64,000 bases of DNA. Source: Pseudobdellovibrionaceae bacterium. Its GTDB lineage: Bacteria; Bdellovibrionota; Bdellovibrionia; Bdellovibrionales; Bdellovibrionaceae. Below are positions 27,647 to 36,781 of this stretch, piece by piece. Position 1 is the stretch's first letter; each line of letters opens with the position of its first letter. The stretch is from contig JAYWEQ010000156.1 in assembly GCA_043779185.1 (NCBI GenBank), forward strand, positions 6,087 to 70,086, written 5' to 3'. Both the position numbers and the translations under genes were made by a program. A model generated the notes under the pieces. That model saw only the letters and a program-made list of their open reading frames with translations, did not search any database and had not been told where the DNA came from.

Positions 27647-28933
27647 TTTTAAAAACCAAAAACAAATCATCGCAATTAATGTCGGCGGCAGAGCTGATAA
27701 AAAAAGCGACCAAGGGCTGATGCCATCGTCACCAAAAGATGAATTTAAAATTCCGTACCCGGCTGGGTTCGGCGCATTGGCAATCACTGTTAAACCCCCG
27801 CCAACAACACTTCCCGCAAGCAAAGCATATTTTGAAACATCAGACAGATTGGGAACTTGTGAGCCCAGGTATGTAAGGGCCGCATTGTCAGTGATAGCGG
27901 TCAGTGCTGCTGCGCCTAAATAGAGCGCCCAAGTTTCAAGATGCAGGATCAATGGTTCCAGCCACCATCTTTGTGGCCCGCCCAACACAACCAGACCGCT
28001 TAAGAAAAAACCGACCAGCAAAGCTTGGCGTAGGCTGATGGCATCTTGGTATTCGCTGGTCACCTGATGAAGGCCTAAAAATACTAAAAATAATCCGCCA
28101 AAAACAATGGGTTGATGAGCGCTGATAACAATGAACACTAAAAGCAAGATATGAAGGCAATAAATCCAAAGTGGAATTTTTTTGAACGGTGGGTTCTGAG
28201 TTAAAATTCCTCCGGTCGGTCCGTCTATCAACTGTATTTCAGAGCGAAACCGATAACTGACAATTAAAGTCGAAATTATGACGGCAACAATGGCTTTCCA
28301 ACCAAAGTGAGTCAGCATAAAAACCAAATTCCATCCCCACTGGTGGGCCACCATCAAAACGGGGGGTGCCGCAAAAGGGGTCAGGGTTCCACCGATCGAA
28401 ATATTGACGAATAATAACCCAAGCATTGCATACTTTAGGCGTTCCGAGACGCCCTTTGTAAAAAAGCGATCAAGTAAAATTAAAGCCGTCACGGTCATCG
28501 CGGCCGGTTCAGTGATAAAACTTCCCAAAATTGGACCCATGATAAAAACAGAAATAAAGAAAGCGATCGGTTTTTTGAAAGGAAGAAGGCGGGACGTTAA
28601 ATCAATCAGATGCTTTGCTGCAGAAAGAATGGGCCGACTGGCAGAAATAGTCATGATCACAAAGACAAAAGCCGGTTCGGTAAAGCTTCGAGTGCTCAGG
28701 TAATTCAGGGCTGTCGAAAAATGAGAGTTTAGACTTAAGAAAATTAAATAGATAAAAGACCAAATCCCAAAAACAACTTCAACTTCGCCCAGGATATGAA
28801 AAAATTTTTCACTGATCGAACCCTTGGCAAAACGATGGCCAAGATTTTGAAAGAATTTAACCAAAAAAGTATGAATGATGGCTAAAGCAAAAATCACGGT
28901 CGCAGCGATATCAGATACACCAGGTTCAAGCAT
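27644..28933 (-). CDS. polytopic membrane transporter, putative Na+/H+ antiporter-like (family assignment tentative)
   Basis: 429 aa, more than 10 TM helices. The resemblance to the 'putative Na+/H+ antiporter' (DUF1504-type) family is from memory only. The start is 4 nt after the upstream stop. Confidence 0.6.
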   Translation of the reverse strand: MLEPGVSDIAATVIFALAIIHTFLVKFFQNLGHRFAKGSISEKFFHILGEVEVVFGIWSFIYLIFLSLNSHFSTALNYLSTRSFTEPAFVFVIMTISASRPILSAAKHLIDLTSRLLPFKKPIAFFISVFIMGPILGSFITEPAAMTVTALILLDRFFTKGVSERLKYAMLGLLFVNISIGGTLTPFAAPPVLMVAHQWGWNLVFMLTHFGWKAIVAVIISTLIVSYRFRSEIQLIDGPTGGILTQNPPFKKIPLWIYCLHILLLVFIVISAHQPIVFGGLFLVFLGLHQVTSEYQDAISLRQALLVGFFLSGLVVLGGPQRWWLEPLILHLETWALYLGAAALTAITDNAALTYLGSQVPNLSDVSKYALLAGSVVGGGLTVIANAPNPAGYGILNSSFGDDGISPWSLFLSALPPTLIAMICFWFLK

Positions 28934-28937
28934 GAAT

Positions 28938-29300
28938 TTAACGTCTTCGCTTCGGCAGGTAAGGTCTTACACGAGCGAAAACTTCATAACCGAGCAAGGC
29001 TGCTGGGTGAATCAAGGGCCAGTGGATCGCCTTCGAAGCCCAAGCGTATTTGGGAATGCGGCTCCAGATGTGAGCAAAAGCTTCCACTCCGATCAGAATT
29101 TTTCCCTCAGGCGTTTGAACATGCATATGACGATCCACCGCTTCTGGTGTCAGGCCAAACTCAGTTGCCTTGAATTGCGGATTTGAAATATCAACAATAT
29201 CAAAAAGAGTGGGCGCTATTCTTTTATAATGAGAAATTTCCATATCACAAACAATACAGTTTCCGTCAACAAAGACTTTAGTTTTTTGAATTTCTTTGAT
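28938..29300 (-). CDS. DCC-family (DUF393) thiol-disulfide oxidoreductase; start codon unresolved (ATC 29300 or ATT 29291)
   Basis: The frame is open from 29324. VFVDGNCIVCD (the DG.C..C motif) is encoded at 29244-29276, upstream of the first ATG (29243). There is no ATG, GTG or TTG between the upstream stop and the motif. Confidence 0.6.
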   Translation of the reverse strand: MKEIQKTKVFVDGNCIVCDMEISHYKRIAPTLFDIVDISNPQFKATEFGLTPEAVDRHMHVQTPEGKILIGVEAFAHIWSRIPKYAWASKAIHWPLIHPAALLGYEVFARVRPYLPKRRR

Positions 29301-29314
29301 AAAGCCCCCTGGTG

Positions 29315-29746
29315 TTACGCCATTTCAAGAAGATAAATGACAAAAAAAAGTTTTATTGTATAAACTAAGGTTCGACCCCAGTTAGTACGTATTAAGGATA
29401 AAATAACGGCTTGATCAAAACCTTTCTGAGCTAGCTTTTCATGTTTGGGCACGCTGATAAAAAAAGTGATCGCCCAGATCGTACAAGTCATAAAAAAAAC
29501 AAATATATTCTGCCATAAATTAATCTTGTTTAAAAAAATAAAAGCAAGACTGACCGCCAATTCCAAAACCATCAAAGGCGCGACAATCCAGGTGATACGT
29601 GCGCTGTGCAAATCATGCCACTTAGAAAAGTGACCCTCATTCAGACCTAAAAAAAGCGGATACTGCACTCGCTGCACTAACCATAATATGCCTGTCATCA
29701 TTGCCGTCGCAACCAATTGCAGCAGCAATAAATTATGAATGATCAT
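29315..29746 (-). CDS. 4-TM membrane protein (possibly DUF1772-like)
   Basis: 143 aa with four hydrophobic helices. First gene of a three-gene minus-strand operon. The family call is tentative. Confidence 0.5.
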   Translation of the reverse strand: MIIHNLLLLQLVATAMMTGILWLVQRVQYPLFLGLNEGHFSKWHDLHSARITWIVAPLMVLELAVSLAFIFLNKINLWQNIFVFFMTCTIWAITFFISVPKHEKLAQKGFDQAVILSLIRTNWGRTLVYTIKLFFVIYLLEMA

Positions 29747-29824
29747 TTGAAAATTTTAACAAAGGGTTTACGTCAATACAAGCTACAGGTGCTGAAATAC
29801 AGACACTGCCAGCAAAGAGGCTTT

Positions 29825-30988
29825 TTAGTTTAAAATTAAGTTTACAAATTTAAGATATCTTAGTTCGTGACAGCTGTGGGGAAATGGATGATCTGGTCCT
29901 TGTCCTGATATCTTTAAAATTTGCCCTCGGCGGTTCGCTTTTGAAACAGACTCATTGATAATTTCAAAAAAATCTTGAAAAGAAATATGACTGGAGCAGG
30001 AACTTAAGGAGAGATGTCCCTTGGAGCGCACTCGTTTAGCAGCCGCCGCGAAAAGTTCGATATATTTAGCCTGGGCTCGATCTTTTTGATCCTCTGAATG
30101 ACCCATGGACGGCGGATCAACGATGACATGATCCCACATTTCCTTATCGCCGTTCAGATAATCAAAAACATCCACACAAAGGCCTTGGTGTTTTTCGGCT
30201 GCTAAGCCATTCAGGCGCCAATTTTCAGTGGCTAATTGAATCGCACCCTCTGCCACATCAAGGCTGGCCACTTTTGTCGCGCCACCAAGACCTGCATAAA
30301 CAGAAAACCCTCCAGAGTAACTGAATAAATTTAAGACCGAAGCGCCCTTTGTAACGGATTGGATATATTTTCTGTTGTCCCTTTGATCTAAAAAGAAACC
30401 CGTTTTTTGGCCTTTTTGTAAATCCACTTTGAACTGGACGCCATTTTCAAGAACGATCACCTCGTTGTCGCATTTTTCTCCAGCCAACAACTGAATGCCA
30501 CCTTGAGTGTTCCGACGAAATTTTTCAACGACACTGGCGACAATTTTTTCTTGGACCAACCAATCGGCGATGCCTTTTTTATCCCAAAATTCATTGGGCC
30601 CTTGCCCGTCAAATTGCAGGACGGCAATGGATCCATAAATATCACAAATCAGTCCTGGAAGAAGATCACCTTCGCCATTAAACAATCTGTAAGATGTCGT
30701 GTTTTTCGAGACCACAGCACGACGCAGAGCCAAGGCCTCGGCAAATCTTTTTTGAAAAACCTCAAACACAGGCGGCTTTTTTTCGAGGCTGAGTATTCGA
30801 AGGCTCAGCGGTGCATGGGGGTCATAGAGGGCCCATGCCAAAGGTTCTTTTTTTCTATCAAACACCTGGGCTAGTTGCGCTTTTTCCAGGGCCGGAGGGC
30901 TGGAGATAGACTCGCGGTAGATCCAGGGATGGCCTCGAAGAACCGATCGGCGCAGATCACGATGAAGATAAATGCTCAGTTTTGGCAT
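29825..30988 (-). CDS. RlmI-like class I SAM-dependent rRNA (cytosine-C5) methyltransferase
   Basis: The internal ATG at 30988 gives MPKLSIYLHRDLRRSVLRGHPWIYRESI (PUA-like N-terminus). Also GFFLDQRDNR, VLNLFSYSGGFSVYAGLGGA and VDPPS. Confidence 0.85.
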   Translation of the reverse strand: MPKLSIYLHRDLRRSVLRGHPWIYRESISSPPALEKAQLAQVFDRKKEPLAWALYDPHAPLSLRILSLEKKPPVFEVFQKRFAEALALRRAVVSKNTTSYRLFNGEGDLLPGLICDIYGSIAVLQFDGQGPNEFWDKKGIADWLVQEKIVASVVEKFRRNTQGGIQLLAGEKCDNEVIVLENGVQFKVDLQKGQKTGFFLDQRDNRKYIQSVTKGASVLNLFSYSGGFSVYAGLGGATKVASLDVAEGAIQLATENWRLNGLAAEKHQGLCVDVFDYLNGDKEMWDHVIVDPPSMGHSEDQKDRAQAKYIELFAAAAKRVRSKGHLSLSSCSSHISFQDFFEIINESVSKANRRGQILKISGQGPDHPFPHSCHELRYLKFVNLILN

Positions 30989-31118
30989 AGCAGGTTCTAA
31001 TATGAAACAGGTCTGAATTACCAGTCCTAATTTGGGACAAATCGATAGATTTTCTAGGGTCAGCAAGTTCAGTGCTATATCATAAAAGCAGGGAAACTTT
31101 GAAACCAAGGGGTTGTGA

Positions 31119-32663
31119 ATGAGGCTCAAAAGGTCGTTAAAAACAAAATCGATGTCGCTTTTAGGTTTAGCATCCGTCTTATTTATTATGCTGTTTCAGA
31201 ACTGCAGCATGGTGGCGCCAACTCAAGAATTGGCGAGTTCCTCGAGCCTAAGCTCCCTTGCCAGTCTGTCTGCAAACCCAGTTTTTTCCGAACTACAACA
31301 AAAAATCATCACTCCAAAGTGTTTGGCTTGTCATTCCTCAGGCCTGCATAACTTTTCAAGTTACAGTAACATTATGGCCAGCGGAACCGTGGTCGCTGGT
31401 AACATCTCAGGAAGTACTTTTTATTTGCAAGTTCTTGCGGGCACAATGCCACTGGGACGGCAGCCCTTAGCCGCAAGTGAGACAGCTGCAATTAAAAGTT
31501 GGATCGAAACGGGCGCTTTAAATTTAGCCCCCGGCGTAAGTCCTCCCACGAATACGCCTCCACTTTCAATCTCAGCTGTAGCGGCTATAGGAACTTCTCC
31601 AACTAGCATAACTTTAACTTGGACCTTGCCTTCAGGAACCCTAACAAGCGTTATTGTTGAACGAGCCGCCACTGTCGCTGGTCCCTTTTCTATCATAAGT
31701 ACTTTGGGTGGAAGTGTTTCAACATATATAGACACTGGCCTGACAGCTAATTTGAATTATTCTTACCGAGTGAAGGCGATGAATACTTTTGGGGTCTCTC
31801 CGTATTCAGCCGTGGTCAGTGCGATGACTCTGCCATTTCCACCAGCAAATCCGACTGGACTTTCGGCTGTCCCGATTTCTTCATCGCAAATCAATTTAAA
31901 CTGGGTGGACAATTCAGTGGATGAATCAGGCTTTATTATCGAGCGAGCCCCTGCCGTTGGTGGACCGTTCACAGTCTTATTAACGACGGCGGCGAATGTC
32001 ACAACTTATTCCGATACCGGCTTAGCGGCTTCGACAACTTTTTATTACCGAGTGGCGGCAACAAATGCAGGTGGAAAATCCGCCTATACGAGCACGGCTT
32101 CAGCCTTAACAGCGACAGCCGCAGCTGGAATTCCAGCCTCGCCAGCATCGGTCTCGGCCTTGGCAACATCCGCCACGCAGGTCACGCTGACATGGACAGA
32201 TTCATCAACATCAGAAACAGGATTTAAAGTCGAGCGAGCTTTAGCTGCGACCGGACCATTTACAGTGATTGGATCAGTGGGAGCCAATGTAACGACGTTT
32301 CCAGACAGTGGCTTGTCAGCTGTGACGACTTATTATTATCGAGTGTCTTCCTTTAATGCGTCAGGCAGTTCGTCACCAACAGCCTCCATGTCTGTCACAA
32401 CTTTTGGAACCTATGCTTGGATCAATGCCAATGTTTCGATTCCAAAATGTGTCATGTGTCACTCGGGTGGAAGCCCTGCCGCTGGTTATGATCTTAGCAC
32501 GTACACGGGGACACTTTTGTTTGTCACAAAATTTAATTCAGGTGTCAGCCGTTTTTATCTGGCTTCATTCGAAGGATCGATGCCCTTGGGAAGCGCAAAG
32601 TTGACCTCAGTACAGCTGAGTGCCATCAAAACTTGGATTGATAGCGGTGCTCTTAATAATTAG
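31119..32663 (+). CDS. secreted or lipoprotein: PSCyt1-like CxxCH module, three FN3 domains, PSCyt1-like CxxCH module
   Basis: Signal peptide ending LFQNC. CLACH (aa 68-72) and CVMCH (aa 444-448) are each followed by ...S.FYL......MPLG....L......IK.WI..GALN. Three ~90-aa repeats carry the LTW...ER....GPF...YYYRV pattern. RBS aagggg. Confidence 0.8.
   Translation: MRLKRSLKTKSMSLLGLASVLFIMLFQNCSMVAPTQELASSSSLSSLASLSANPVFSELQQKIITPKCLACHSSGLHNFSSYSNIMASGTVVAGNISGSTFYLQVLAGTMPLGRQPLAASETAAIKSWIETGALNLAPGVSPPTNTPPLSISAVAAIGTSPTSITLTWTLPSGTLTSVIVERAATVAGPFSIISTLGGSVSTYIDTGLTANLNYSYRVKAMNTFGVSPYSAVVSAMTLPFPPANPTGLSAVPISSSQINLNWVDNSVDESGFIIERAPAVGGPFTVLLTTAANVTTYSDTGLAASTTFYYRVAATNAGGKSAYTSTASALTATAAAGIPASPASVSALATSATQVTLTWTDSSTSETGFKVERALAATGPFTVIGSVGANVTTFPDSGLSAVTTYYYRVSSFNASGSSSPTASMSVTTFGTYAWINANVSIPKCVMCHSGGSPAAGYDLSTYTGTLLFVTKFNSGVSRFYLASFEGSMPLGSAKLTSVQLSAIKTWIDSGALNN
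31557..32402 (+). repeat. three tandem FN3-domain coding repeats (~280 nt each), GC-rich
   Basis: Protein-level repeats TSITLTWT..VERAATVAGPF..YSYRV, SQINLNWV..IERAPAVGGPF..FYYRV and TQVTLTWT..VERALAATGPF..YYYRV. Confidence 0.8.
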
Positions 32664-33310
32664 GCTAAAAGTTTTTTAAATGGCTCGGGGACCATGCATT
32701 CAAAACTGTGGCCCAAAATCTGGATTTGATAACAGTGAAGAAACATACGGTCGGTCTTATAAAGATCGGCCATTTTTTTATTATACCTTGGATCACCATA
32801 TCGGGGGTCACCTACTAGTGAGTGATTGACCAAGGCTGAGTGCTTGCGAATTTGATGCTGTCGTCCGGTGATGAGTTTAAAGTGGCAATAAGAAAAGAAC
32901 TTATTGGCTTTAAGAACTTCGAACTGTGTTTCACAAGCGATTCGATCTCGTGACATTCCGGCAGGATTTTTTCGACCCTCGGCTTTATCTGTTAAGGATT
33001 GATTCCAAAGGCCCTTAGGTTCTTTCAATTCGCCCCGCAAAACGCCAGCGTAAATCTTTTGAACCGTTCTTTTTTCAAATTCTTCAGCTAACTTCCTTGC
33101 GGACACCTCATGAAGAGCCAAAAGTTGGATGCCACTGGTTTCTTTATCCAATCTGTGAACAGGATAAAGTTTAGTTGCGGCCAATTGTTTTTGTAACAGT
33201 AACAGCAGATTTTGTGGATCTTCGTTGTTATGCACAGAGATTCCAGCAGGTTTTGAAACCGCCAAGAAGTCTTTGTCCTGGTACAGAACTGAAATTTGAA
33301 GATGCTCCAT
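32660..33310 (-). CDS. RluA-family pseudouridine synthase (short, TruC/RluA-like)
   Basis: HRLDKETSGIQLLA (catalytic Asp) and TGRQHQIRKH. Confidence 0.9.
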   Translation of the reverse strand: MEHLQISVLYQDKDFLAVSKPAGISVHNNEDPQNLLLLLQKQLAATKLYPVHRLDKETSGIQLLALHEVSARKLAEEFEKRTVQKIYAGVLRGELKEPKGLWNQSLTDKAEGRKNPAGMSRDRIACETQFEVLKANKFFSYCHFKLITGRQHQIRKHSALVNHSLVGDPRYGDPRYNKKMADLYKTDRMFLHCYQIQILGHSFECMVPEPFKKLLA

Positions 33311-33395
33311 AGGGTCCTTTCCAGGGGGTCTTGGATCAAAGTCATAGCAAATGGCTTGATGGAAAGCACGTCCTTCATGACTGGTGGCTTCCAGA

Positions 33396-33425
33396 TTGAC
33401 CCAAGACTAAATTAAAGATGATAAT
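33396..33425 (+). promoter_or_regulatory. candidate sigma-70 promoter
   Basis: TTGACC-N18-GATAAT, about 30 nt upstream of ATG 33455. Confidence 0.35.
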
Positions 33426-33454
33426 ACTTCTTAATTCAACCCATGAGGTGATGC

Positions 33455-33700
33455 ATGTCTGAAGATATGAAAGCTGAAATCGAACGTCTGAAAGCAGAAA
33501 ACGAAGCCCTTAAAAATAAAAAAAATTCCAGGGGCACGCTGTCCATGAAAGTCAGTGAAAAAGGAGCGCTTTCTGTTTATGGAATGGGCCGTTTTCCTGT
33601 GACTTTATATAAGGAACAATGGCTGAAGCTTCTGAGCATCACTGAAGAGATCAAAAAATTTATTGCTGACAATGATGCGCAATTAAAAACCAAAGAATAA
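33455..33700 (+). CDS. small coiled-coil protein (81 aa), hypothetical
   Basis: GAGGTGA RBS, heptad-like N-terminus (AEIERLKAENEALKNK). No family recognised. Confidence 0.5.
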   Translation: MSEDMKAEIERLKAENEALKNKKNSRGTLSMKVSEKGALSVYGMGRFPVTLYKEQWLKLLSITEEIKKFIADNDAQLKTKE

Positions 33701-33763
33701 AAAATCGACCCAGCTGAAAGTCCGTAATTGAGCTTTTTTGTGAAACCCACGGAGAGTTGAACG

Positions 33764-34492
33764 GTGAATCTAGAAAGCTATCTTCAAAAACGGCAAAAAT
33801 TATCTGATGAATTGCCTCAATATCGAAATCTTTGCCTGACTTGTCGCCAGCCGCAGTTCAGTTGTTTTTGTTCATTTGTACAAAAATTTGATCCAAAAAT
33901 TAAATTTATGATTTTAATTCACCCGATTGAATTTAAGCGCCGAATTGCAACGGGTCGAATGTCGCATTTATGTTTGCAAGATTCAGAATTAATCATTGGG
34001 CAAAATTATTCTGAGAACGAATCCGTCAATCTGGTTTTAAAAGACCCTCACAATCATTGCATGATTTTATATCCTGGCAGAGCTTCGACAAATTTAACTT
34101 CGATGAGTCTTGTCGAGCGGCAAGAGCTTTTTCCAAAGAATAAAAAACTGGTGATTTTTGTGATTGATGGAACCTGGGCGACAGCCGGTAAAATGGTCTA
34201 CCAAAGTAAAAATTTATTTTTACTTCCAAGATTTTGCTTCACGCCGCTGGCGCCGTCTAATTTTAGGGTTCGAAAACAGCCGGCCCCGGGATGTTATTCA
34301 ACGGTTGAAGCAATTCATCACACCTTAGAACTTCTGGGTCCCAGTCAGGGTCTTGATCTTTCATTGAAACATCAAGATCAGCTGCTGTTCGTTTTTGATA
34401 AAATGGTTGAAAAACAGTTGGAGTTTATTGATCTTTCAAGGGCTTTGCCCCGATCAACGACCTATCGAAGACTGAGTCAAAGGCCCGCTTAA
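33764..34492 (+). CDS. DTW-domain tRNA-uridine aminocarboxypropyltransferase (TapT/YfiP-like)
   Basis: N-terminal Cys cluster (CLTCRQPQFSCFC) and the DGTW motif (VIDGTWATAGKM). GTG start. Confidence 0.85.
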   Translation: MNLESYLQKRQKLSDELPQYRNLCLTCRQPQFSCFCSFVQKFDPKIKFMILIHPIEFKRRIATGRMSHLCLQDSELIIGQNYSENESVNLVLKDPHNHCMILYPGRASTNLTSMSLVERQELFPKNKKLVIFVIDGTWATAGKMVYQSKNLFLLPRFCFTPLAPSNFRVRKQPAPGCYSTVEAIHHTLELLGPSQGLDLSLKHQDQLLFVFDKMVEKQLEFIDLSRALPRSTTYRRLSQRPA

Positions 34493-35085
34493 TGATTCAA
34501 AAAAATCTTTTAAAAAAGAAAATTTTGATTTTAAATGGCAGTCCCCAGGGGCCACGAAGTAACAGTCAAAAGCTAATTAAAAAATTAATCAAAGAATTAG
34601 ACTCAAGTCTTCACGCCGAATGTGTTCACCTGAGCCAAAAAAAATATTCTCAGAAGCTAAGGTCTCAAATTGCAGCGGCTGACGGGTTGATTTTTGTGTC
34701 TGGAACTTATTGGGATTCGTGGGGCAGTCCTTTGCAAGAATTTCTAGAAAAGGCTACGGTTCTTGAAGGCACGAAAGCTGTGGTTGGAAAACCCTGCGCC
34801 GTCTTTATTTTGATGCATTCGGTGGGGGGAAAAGGAGTGCTTTCAAGACTGCAGGGGGTGCTTTCAACCTTGGGTTTTCTGATTCCACCTATGAGTGGGA
34901 TGGTTTATTCTTCGCTGAGTCATCGAATCGCAAAAGGCCCACAAAAAAATATTGATGAAGATATTTGGCATTTAAATGACACTAAACTCATTCTGGGCAA
35001 CTTCAGACTTGCCCTTGAGATTCAAAAGGAATGGGTTTGTTGGCCCGTGGATCGAAAAAATTTTGAACGACTATGGTTAAAATAA
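34492..35085 (+). CDS. flavodoxin-like NAD(P)H-dependent FMN reductase family protein
   Basis: ILILNGSPQGPRSNS phosphate-loop-like motif. The ATG overlaps the upstream TAA by 1 nt (TAATG). Confidence 0.75.
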   Translation: MIQKNLLKKKILILNGSPQGPRSNSQKLIKKLIKELDSSLHAECVHLSQKKYSQKLRSQIAAADGLIFVSGTYWDSWGSPLQEFLEKATVLEGTKAVVGKPCAVFILMHSVGGKGVLSRLQGVLSTLGFLIPPMSGMVYSSLSHRIAKGPQKNIDEDIWHLNDTKLILGNFRLALEIQKEWVCWPVDRKNFERLWLK

Positions 35086-35170
35086 AGACATTCTCAATTT
35101 CCTTGGCTCATGACCCAGTTTGCGCTATTTTTGATGCTCAAAATAAGCCTAAACCAAGAGGGAGTCCCCT

Positions 35171-35659
35171 GTGAATATTTCAAAGAATTGCATCGTCACG
35201 CTCAATTACACATTAACTGATGATGAAAATGAAACCTTAGACACCTCGGTGGGGAGCGAGCCCTTAGTTTATCTTCACGGGGCGCAAAATATCATTCCTG
35301 GTTTGGAAGAAGTCCTTGAGGGTAAAAAAATGGGCGATAAATTTAAAGTTTCGATTCCGGCTGAAAAAGCTTACGGCGAACACATGGAAGAAATGATTCA
35401 AAATATTCCCAAAAATCAGTTTCCCCCAGGGCAAGATATGCAGCCCGGCATGAAGTTTCAAGCAAACTCGCCGCAAGGACCGATTGTTTTAACGGTGGTA
35501 GAAGTTTGTGACACAGATGTTATGGTGGATGGGAATCATCCTTTAGCAGGAGAAAACTTAAATTTTGATGTTGAAGTGGCTGAAGTGCGAGCCGCCACAG
35601 AAGAAGAGTTAAACCATGGTCATGCACACGGTCCTGGTGGACATCATGATCACGAATAG
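35171..35659 (+). CDS. slyD: FKBP-type peptidyl-prolyl isomerase SlyD with His-rich tail
   Basis: DGNHPLAGENLNFDVEVAEVRAAT plus C-terminal HGHAHGPGGHHDHE. GTG start. Confidence 0.9.
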   Translation: MNISKNCIVTLNYTLTDDENETLDTSVGSEPLVYLHGAQNIIPGLEEVLEGKKMGDKFKVSIPAEKAYGEHMEEMIQNIPKNQFPPGQDMQPGMKFQANSPQGPIVLTVVEVCDTDVMVDGNHPLAGENLNFDVEVAEVRAATEEELNHGHAHGPGGHHDHE

Positions 35660-35672
35660 TTGGAGAAATAAT

Positions 35673-36104
35673 ATGAAAGCCCTTGGATTTATTTTTAGTC
35701 TGCTTTTCGCGCTTCAATCTTTAGCAGCTGGTTCTGTTTATGGAAAATGGAAAACGATTGATGAAGAAGGGAAAGCTAAATCGATTGTTGAAATCACATT
35801 AGAAGGGGATTCAGCGACCGGGCAGGTCATTGAAATTTTTGATCCTGAAAAAGTCCATTCTGTTTGCGAAAAGTGCAAAGGTGAAATGGCCAATAAGCCC
35901 ATTCTAGGAATGAAAATATTGTCAGGCTTAAAAGAAACCACAAAGGGCGAAGAGTGGAGCGGTGGCCAAATCCTAGATCCAAATAATGGAAAAACATATC
36001 GATGTTTGATGCGCCCCAAAGACGACGGCAAGAAATTAGAAGTTCGGGGCTACATCGGCTTTAGCCTTTTTGGACGGACTCAGGTTTGGGATAAGCAAGA
36101 TTAA
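35673..36104 (+). CDS. DUF2147 domain protein, secreted
   Basis: Signal peptide. GKWKTIDEEG and WSGGQILDPNNGKTYRC motifs. GGAGA RBS before ATG 35673. Confidence 0.85.
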   Translation: MKALGFIFSLLFALQSLAAGSVYGKWKTIDEEGKAKSIVEITLEGDSATGQVIEIFDPEKVHSVCEKCKGEMANKPILGMKILSGLKETTKGEEWSGGQILDPNNGKTYRCLMRPKDDGKKLEVRGYIGFSLFGRTQVWDKQD

Positions 36105-36110
36105 ATTTTT

Positions 36111-36653
36111 TTATCTCATCGTCGCTTGCAAATGTTTTGCATGTTCCAAATGAGCCGCAATGCTAGGGCGGACCTGATTCAATAAGTTTTTAAGATCAGC
36201 ATTTTTTGCCGAAGGAATCAGGGTTTTATCAATCGAATCCAAGACAACCTGGTGGTAGGTCACTTCATTGTCGACATAAGCCTTATCAAAGTCTTTTCCT
36301 TTAAGGCCTTTCATTTTTAGCAGAGCCTCATCGCCTGACTTTTTAAGTCCTTGGCTGGTTTCGTTTTCTTCGGGCTTCAATTTTAATTTTGATGTTAAAT
36401 CAGTGGCGCTTTTATTCACCGCTGAATGATCGATGATCATTTGCTCTGCGAATTTTTTAACCTCAGGGTCTTTTGTTTGTATTTTTGCAAATTTTCCCGC
36501 CGTGATATCGACATTGTTAGCGGTAACCACAATCGCGGCAATCTGTGGGTCGGTAGGTCCTTGGGCTGCGGCTGGAGCTTGTGGTGTTTCAGCGGCCAAC
36601 GCCGCTAAGGGAAAAGCTGCGGCTGTGAAAAGTCTTTTTAAATTTTGTTTCAT
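36111..36653 (-). CDS. DUF4142 domain protein, secreted
   Basis: Signal peptide. Duplicated four-helix pattern (FAEQMIIDHS...; ...HQVVLD). Confidence 0.8.
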   Translation of the reverse strand: MKQNLKRLFTAAAFPLAALAAETPQAPAAAQGPTDPQIAAIVVTANNVDITAGKFAKIQTKDPEVKKFAEQMIIDHSAVNKSATDLTSKLKLKPEENETSQGLKKSGDEALLKMKGLKGKDFDKAYVDNEVTYHQVVLDSIDKTLIPSAKNADLKNLLNQVRPSIAAHLEHAKHLQATMR

Positions 36654-36781
36654 ATGATGATCTCCTTAAAAGTAGGCCTGATTTTAGACACAGCTTGCTG
36701 ATGAATCATGACAATGGGATGAAGAACCATGAAGTCATCGTATTCATTGCCAATTCATGCCATTTCTGGCACCTGATAAGG

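Noticed and set aside
31421-32287. Three minus-strand ORFs (67-104 aa) inside the FN3/cytochrome gene.
   Set aside because: These are GC-rich antisense shadows of the Ala/Thr/Ser-rich FN3 repeats. The plus frame is continuous with clear domain structure.
31557-32402. Regular ~280-nt repeats here and 15-21-nt repeats at 52384-52520, considered as a possible CRISPR or other non-coding array.
   Set aside because: Both sets are in-frame coding repeats (FN3 domains and GGY units). They have no spacer structure and no cas genes nearby.
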